Shown here: positions 54,361 to 64,000 of the stretch, in pieces
Numbering within the stretch: position 1 is the first letter of the stretch
Layout: the number at the start of each line of letters is the position of its first letter
Origin: Octopus vulgaris
Lineage: Eukaryota
Assembly: GCA_951406725.2 (NCBI GenBank)
Contig: OX597815.1
Coordinates: forward strand, 94,426,001-94,490,000
Length of the DNA stretch: 64,000 nt
Direction of reading: 5' to 3'
Notes under the pieces: generated by a model
The model's input: the letters and a program-made list of their open reading frames with translations, nothing else
Told to the model about the DNA's origin: nothing
Databases searched by the model: none
Made by a program: the position numbers and the translations under genes

Positions 54361-56087
54361 TGTGTACACATACTCACAACGAGAGGGAGAACGAGCGAGC
54401 GATCGAGAAAATTGAGAGAGAGAGAGAGAGTGAGAGAAAGAAAGAGAGAGAGAAGAGAGAGTGAGTGATAGAGAGAGAAATGAGAGCGAGCGAGAGCGAG
54501 ACTAAGAGAAAGAGAGAGAGAAAGAAAGAAATAAAGAAAGAAAGACTATTTACTGTGTTAATTAAATCAATTCATTCAAACTTAAAATTTGATTTAGGGC
54601 ATAATGTTACGTTCAGACTAATTTTTCTTCTTCTCATAGTAAATTTTTATTTCAATGCTTACCCCAGTCTCTTAATAGTGCACACATTTTCATTAACCAA
54701 GTCGTCTTTTCCAATAACAAAAGCATGAATAAGAATATAAAAAGCAATACTATGCACACGATGGGTGGTAGGAATATGATTTATCAGCAACACTTACGCA
54801 GGCAAGACCAAGACACAAACACAAGAACAAATTCAGAGTTGCAAATACTATATTTAAATATTTGAAGTAAAATGTGGTGCTGCTATCAACTTTTGGGATG
54901 GTTGTGGCGAGCGATGTAGCGGTTTTGATAATAGTGTAAGTACAAGATAGGATATGAAGTAGATGTAGCACAATATGATATACAATATGTGCAGCTGTTG
55001 TGAAATCAATTTGCATTTGAGAACAGGAAAGACAATAGTTAGCTCACGCTATATAAAGGCCTAAAAAAAAAAAACGCTATTTTTGCTTGCGTTAGGCTGG
55101 AATTAAATATTTACTTCTTGAATGAAATATTAGTCCTTTCGAAAGGCGAATATAATGCACGGGTTTCCTGCGGTATCTTCATTCAAATTTACTTTTGCAC
55201 TTAATGATGGCGAAACATAAATCTTATCTTCACAAGCAACAGATCTGTATTAGCTCAATCTTCAAGTATTAAGACAAACATAATAAAAATAACAGCAAAA
55301 CACTATCTCCTACTCTCCCTCATCTACAATAATTTCCATTCACATTTTAACTATTTTCCTGCTAATGTGGCCACATGTATGCATTCTGAGTCCGGATACG
55401 GAAAGTATTATTCCTCTAAAATGAATGAACCTCATTCATAATGCATGAACATGGCCATTATTTATTTTCTTTCATTCCTTCCCCTCATTCTCTTAAAATA
55501 TCTATCTCGTTCACCTTACACTATCTCTTTCACTTTACACACACACACACACACACACTCTCTCTCTCTCTCTCGGTCTCTTTCTCTCTCTCTCGCTCTC
55601 TTTCTCTCTCTCTTTCTCTCTTTCTCTTTCTCTCTCTCTCTCTCTATTTCTCTCTGTATCTATCTATTTATCCAACTGGCAATTTATTCGTGTTTATCCA
55701 TTAGAATGACATTCATATTTATCTCGATATAAATTGTACAGTGAAATTTATTTACATTTTAAGTCTTTTACTCATGCCGTTTGAATTCCAAATATCTCGG
55801 ATTTTTCAAACGATTTGCATCTACAGCACTACAATCCATCCCAATCTTTCTCAGAGCTACTTAAAAAGTTTAGAAACAATCTTAAACAATCACTTCCTTC
55901 ATCACCATCAGTATCTTTCTCATCAATGACCAAAAGTACATCTTCTATAGATATACCGAGAATGTGTTTCTATCAGTGACCCCTTGCATCTGAGAGCCTT
56001 GGAAAAAACAGTGCTGTTGTGAGAAAATTCTTCAAGACTGTCCGGAATGAAAATACCGTCTATTGCTTCTATTGCTTTCATGTATCA

Positions 56088-56310
56088 CTTATTCTTGGGG
56101 CTAAACATAGAGGGGACAAACAAGGACAAACAAACGAATTAAATCGATTACATCGACCACAGTGCGTAACTGGTACTTAATTTATCGACCCTGAAAGGAT
56201 GAAAGGCAAAGTCGACCTCGGTGGAATTTGAACTCAGAACGTAACTGCAGACGAAATACGGCTACGCATTTCGCCCGGCGTGCTAATGGTTCAGCCAGCT
56301 CGCCGCCTTA
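56088..56310 (-). mobile_element. Family B SINE, near full length
   Basis: Head AAGGCGGCGAGCTGGCTGAACC...GAGTTCAAATTCCACC and complete tail. Confidence 0.9.
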
Positions 56311-56989
56311 TGTCGAAAGGGGATCACACTGACTCAAATATTATTATCTTTGATATACAATAAGATTGTATAATGTTTTACACAATCTTCCTTTTGTACA
56401 GTAATGTCCTACTTGCGGTTATGTCTAACACCAAATACTAATAGCATATGACACTAATATTCAGTTTTGCTTAACTTTTTGCATATAGGCACCATTCACA
56501 TGGAACCTAAATACCTCAAGTCAGATTTACAATAGCTATATACACAATGACGTTTAAAGTATCTCGGAATGACGACTAAAATCACTGTAGGTGGCGAATC
56601 ACCCCTACCTTTGAAGTTCGTCTAGGTTTTAAAGAAAATTATGCTTTTGTTCCCATTCTTTTACATTACATATCTCGCCGCTGTGACATTTCGGCCAACA
56701 TACGATGTAAAATATGAAATAAGTGTAAAATACTGCTAAGATCGAGGTCTTTTCAGTGTCTGTTGGTTTTCTACCTGCTCTTAAACTTCGTCTATGTTCT
56801 TTTATGTTCTGCAGTATCCGGACAATGCTGCTGGTCTTCTCTTCATACAGACAATCTGCAAAGTATCTTAGTGTCCCTAAATTTGGCCCATCAGCAGATG
56901 GGATATGTTCTGGCCCAGTCAGAAGACTCTTACACTGTTACTGTCACACATAATTATTTACTCCCATTGTCATCGCTATCGAAATAAAG

Positions 56990-57595
56990 TCTTAGGTCCC
57001 ACATCTTGTTTTATGTTTCTTGGACGCATCCGCATCATTGAATGGATAGCTTAAGAACATAATCAAACAAGTCTCATCTGCTTTTGGATGTCGGCAAGAG
57101 CGTGTCACTGCGAACCGGGACCATTACTTTTTGACGAAAATCAATGTTTAGCAAGCAGCCAGTATTTCTAATCTGTTATATAGGTGCGAAACGCGGCCGC
57201 GCTATAAGAAACAAATTAGTAGTAGCCTTCCACGTTCGCCTCATGTAGTACATTTTTGGAATCACTGGGAATAGTAAAATTCTTCATGCAGAAATTCTCA
57301 AGCGTGAACACTCCACCAGCATCTGCTCAATATTCATGAAGCTTAATCTCCACTAGACCAACTCGTATGGAGGTCACTATTCTATCTGATGTCACTGATA
57401 CACCAAGCAATCTGATATCATCAAACTGGTGATCTCGCCACGTGAAACAGCGGTGGCGGGCATTCCTAGCCCAATGTTAATAAGCTCTGGACATCCACTG
57501 AACTGCGCTGCAAAAGTGTCCCTTTCGCAAAACAACAAAGAAGAAAATTTGTTGCCGCTGATCTGTCAACTTATCAGTGGAAGCTGCCAAATATT
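56990..57595 (+). mobile_element. RTE-clade LINE post-RT fragment, decayed
   Basis: AFGCRQERV...TKINV*QAASISNLLYRCETR...KILHAEILKR, matching the AFGxL..RV...TKxxVYxA...LLYGCETW pattern. Confidence 0.7.
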
Positions 57596-57608
57596 CTCTC
57601 TTCTCCAG

Positions 57609-57710
57609 GACTCTGATCCCAAGTCCTCTGAAGATTTTGATTCACGTTTACGAAACCTCAAGAAATACAAGGATGAATCAGATGTTAATGCTGACATTTG
57701 GCACAATATG
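57609..57710 (+). CDS. Candidate 102-bp internal exon of an unidentified host gene
   Basis: Acceptor TTCTCTCTTCTCCAG|G and donor ATG|GTAAGT; length is a multiple of 3; open as DSDPKSSEDFDSRLRNLKKYKDESDVNADIWHNM (a second frame is also open). Confidence 0.5.
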
Positions 57711-58045
57711 GTAAGTGCATGTATTCATTCGCTGGTACATATAAAGGTACCCTCCACACATACACATACATACATAGACACATACAGACACACAAGTATA
57801 TAATAAACTTAATGTTGACTGGGTCACCTAACAGTAAATGTTCTATTGTCATTCTTAAGCTAGTTTTAAAGCAATACTTTCGCTTTAACACCCACAAACA
57901 TACAGATATGTATTTATATAATCATAAAAACATACAAATGCATATATTTACATACACACACATACACATGCGCATACACACATATATCATACATACATGT
58001 ATACACTAATGCGTATACATATATACACAGACACAGAGAACATCC

Positions 58046-61100
<3,055 letters not shown>

Positions 61101-61103
61101 CTC

Positions 61104-61153
<50 letters not shown>

Positions 61154-61647
61154 AATGTCATATTAAAAATATCAGCCCAACAAAATATTTCTCGTTTTGT
61201 GGGAAGATATGCTAGTCTTAAAAGACTAAATAAAATAGTTACATACGGGTTTTATTTCTCTACGAGTAGGATAAAATGTTCGATCTGACTGCTTATAACG
61301 TACAAATTAGGTCAACCTGTTTAGCAGAGACTTAATTCTTCTATATTCTATATAATCATATGCTATTGGTTTCTCTGCGGACAGAAAGGTATTTTTTCAT
61401 TTGAAGTTGTTACAGTGCTACAAGAGAATCTCATCGATCCCATCTTTTCTCCTCCCCACCGCTACAAATGAAATAATCTATGGTTTATCACTTTGTTTGT
61501 CTTGTACAGCGCAGCTTACATTGTATAGTCATTATAAATACACACCTTGCATTCTAAATTATCAAAAAAAAAGCTGTGTAGTGCATTTTGAATTATTAAT
61601 CTTTCATTCCCCCTCTCTCTCTTTCATTCCTCTCTCTCTTTCATTCT

Positions 61648-61706
<59 letters not shown>

Positions 61707-61789
61707 ATGTGTGTGTGTGTATGTATATATATATATATATAATATATAAAAAATAATATGTGTGTGTGTGTGCGTGTGTGTGTATGTAA

Positions 61790-62400
61790 TATGTATGACA
61801 TCAATCCATCACTCACTGCCCCAAAATGGGAGATCCCATACATAGAGAGCTGGCTTGCCGAAACGGCACACTGCATCCCTTTCTTTGTCCTTATTGAAAC
61901 TCACCTAAACAGCACTCACATGCATGCTTAGGTGAAAATAAAAGTTTTCACCATCATCCGTGCAGATTGCACAAACCGAAATAAAGGAGGAACAGCCATC
62001 TTTCTCTACGACTACTTTGAGGTGATGCCAAGGACATGTTTTCAAATGGTTATTGTGAATCCATATCATTATTCAACAAGGCCAACACCATAACCATTGT
62101 TGGTGTCTACAGGTTTCCTCAAGCACCTCTAAAGTGCTTTGAAGAATATCTCAACAAAATCAAATCCTTCCTTCACAAATACAACTTCGGAAACATACTG
62201 GTTGTGGGTGATTTTAAACCTGCCTTATATAAACTGGCCCACAAATACTCTGAAGTTAGGCAACTGCACTAAGAATTACTCTTTAATCAAATGGATGAAT
62301 TTTTCCTGACACAACTAGTGCTCGACCCAACAAGACAGAATAAAAAGACCTTGGATCTAATATTAACAAACCACTCTTACTCCATTCACAGCATTCTTTT
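61790..62400 (+). mobile_element. CR1-like LINE apurinic endonuclease fragment
   Basis: LIETHL...IIRADCTNRNKGGTAIF...FSNGYCE...VGVYRFP...VVGDFK...LTQLVLDPTR...TLDLILTN. Confidence 0.85.
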
Positions 62401-62907
62401 CCCCTTGGGCTTAATAAATCATCATGTGTTTATATTATTCTTTAACAACTACGAAACACAGAGCAATGTCGTTGAAAATATATTAACTGATGAGCCCGAT
62501 CCTGTGAGACACGTATTTTACTCTCTTTTGCTCACATGATGTAAAATTTTATTTGAGGTTGAATATATATTTTGAGTGAATGTAATATAATATCAAAATG
62601 TTTATAATGTCATCATTTTCCTTTGAAATAAATCTACTTACTAAAGATTTCATAGTTAAATGGAGAATCTTAAAGAAAACTACAAACTAACATAGATCTT
62701 AAATGGAAATTAAATATCAATAGCATTTTCAATGAAATTAGTTTTGAGGTAAAAATACTGTATAATGGTTGTAATGATATGTGTGCTGATGTAGAATTAT
62801 TTGAATTTGATGGCAACTTTGAAGCTTTTCAGAAATTATTGTACATTTTGTATAAAAATACTTTTAATTTAATGATTAGATTCTTTAATAATTAAATAAC
62901 CGTAAGA

Positions 62908-63190
62908 CTTCTTCTTCTTCTTCTTCTTCTTCTCCTCCTCCTCCTCCTCCTCCCTCCTTCTTCTTTCTTCTTCTTCTTCTTCTTCTTCTTCTTCTTCTCC
63001 TCCTCCTCCTCCTCCTCCTCCTTCTTCTTCTTCTTCTTCTTCTTCTTCTTCTTCTTCTCCTCCTCCTCCTCCTTCTTCTTCTTCTTCTTCTTCTTCTTCT
63101 TCTTCTTCTTCTTCTTCTTCTTCTTCTTCTTCTTCTTCTTCTATTTTGCTGTTTTTGTTGTTGTTTTTGTTGTTGCCTTTGTTGCTGTTC
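62908..63190. repeat. (CTT)n/(CCT)n polypyrimidine array followed by (GTT)n
   Basis: Directly visible. Confidence 0.95.
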
Positions 63191-63507
63191 GCTGTTGGCA
63201 TCTTCCGAAGTGTTTTTGATATCGTTCTTCGCTGCTGGATCCTAGCAAGTTTAATTTGCTTGAACGAATGATAATTTGGATTATATTCATGCAGTAACTA
63301 TTTAAACGTTGGTGAGTCTGCTTAGACTGGGTCGAGGCGAAAAAAGTATGCTGTTTACTCATCTTTTTTTCCTATCTTGTTTACATAGAAGCATAAATTA
63401 GCGGAAGAGAACGTCCAGCAAGACAAACATACTCAGGGTGAACAGGTTGCACCTGAATTTAAACATCCAAAGAAAGAATTTGCATGCACTTTGGAAAGGG
63501 AAAACAT

Positions 63508-63724
63508 TCTTTTCTACTCTAGGCACAAGGCTCGGATTTTTTTGCGTGGAGGGGGCTAGTCGATTAGATCGAACCCATTGCGCAACTGGTACTTAACTTT
63601 TCAAACCCGAAGGGGTGAAAGGCAAAGTCGACTCGGCGGAATTTGAACTCAGAATCTAAAGACAAATGAAATACTGCCATGCATTTCGCCCGGCGTGCTA
63701 AAGTTTCTGCCAGCTCGCCGCCTT
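63508..63724 (-). mobile_element. Family B SINE
   Basis: AAGGCGGCGAGCTGGCAGAAAC head and shared body. Confidence 0.85.
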
Positions 63725-63915
63725 GGAAAGGGGAAAATATTGTCATATTTGTGGAGGATAGTAATGGTGTTACACATGAAAAAATAAATAACAAGTAAAA
63801 CGAGATGCACATTCTCTCTCTCTCTTCCACCCACAAAGTTTGTCAAATGAAAATAAGTCTGTATTTCTTAACGATAGATATATAAGTGGAGAACAATTTA
63901 CTTTTTTTCAAACAG

Positions 63916-64000
63916 GCGATCTTTGGATGATTACACGAAAGAAAAACTGCAGGACAGCATTATGTGATGAAAAGGGATGCTTTTTAATCCGAAGCTATCG
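63916..64000 (+). CDS. Candidate downstream (possibly terminal) exon
   Basis: Acceptor TTTACTTTTTTTCAAACAG|G followed by non-repetitive sequence; frame unknown. Confidence 0.3.

Overview
AT-rich eukaryotic intronic/intergenic DNA saturated with (TA)n, (CA)n, (TATC)n, (TATG)n and (TAA)n microsatellites. The microsatellite load and SINE families look like an octopod cephalopod genome (inference from sequence style only). Nearly all listed ORFs are microsatellite artefacts. The window is a transposon graveyard: Penelope-like elements (two Neptune-type RT + GIY-YIG copies, one Naiad-like GIY-YIG fragment, many non-coding terminal fragments with type I hammerhead ribozyme motifs and fold-back junctions), fragments of L1/Tx1, CR1, RTE, R4/Dong, HERO and CRE LINEs, two decayed Tc1/mariner elements, and about 20 tRNA-derived SINE copies. 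The standout is a full-length 7SL (SRP) RNA sequence (11325-11626) fused to the 3' tail used by the local SINE family, sitting inside a near-perfect 216-bp inverted repeat. It is a candidate 7SL-derived SINE or a 7SL-retroelement chimera. Two candidate host exons (57609-57710, 63916 onward) lie near the right end. All calls are by eye; boundaries of decayed elements are approximate.
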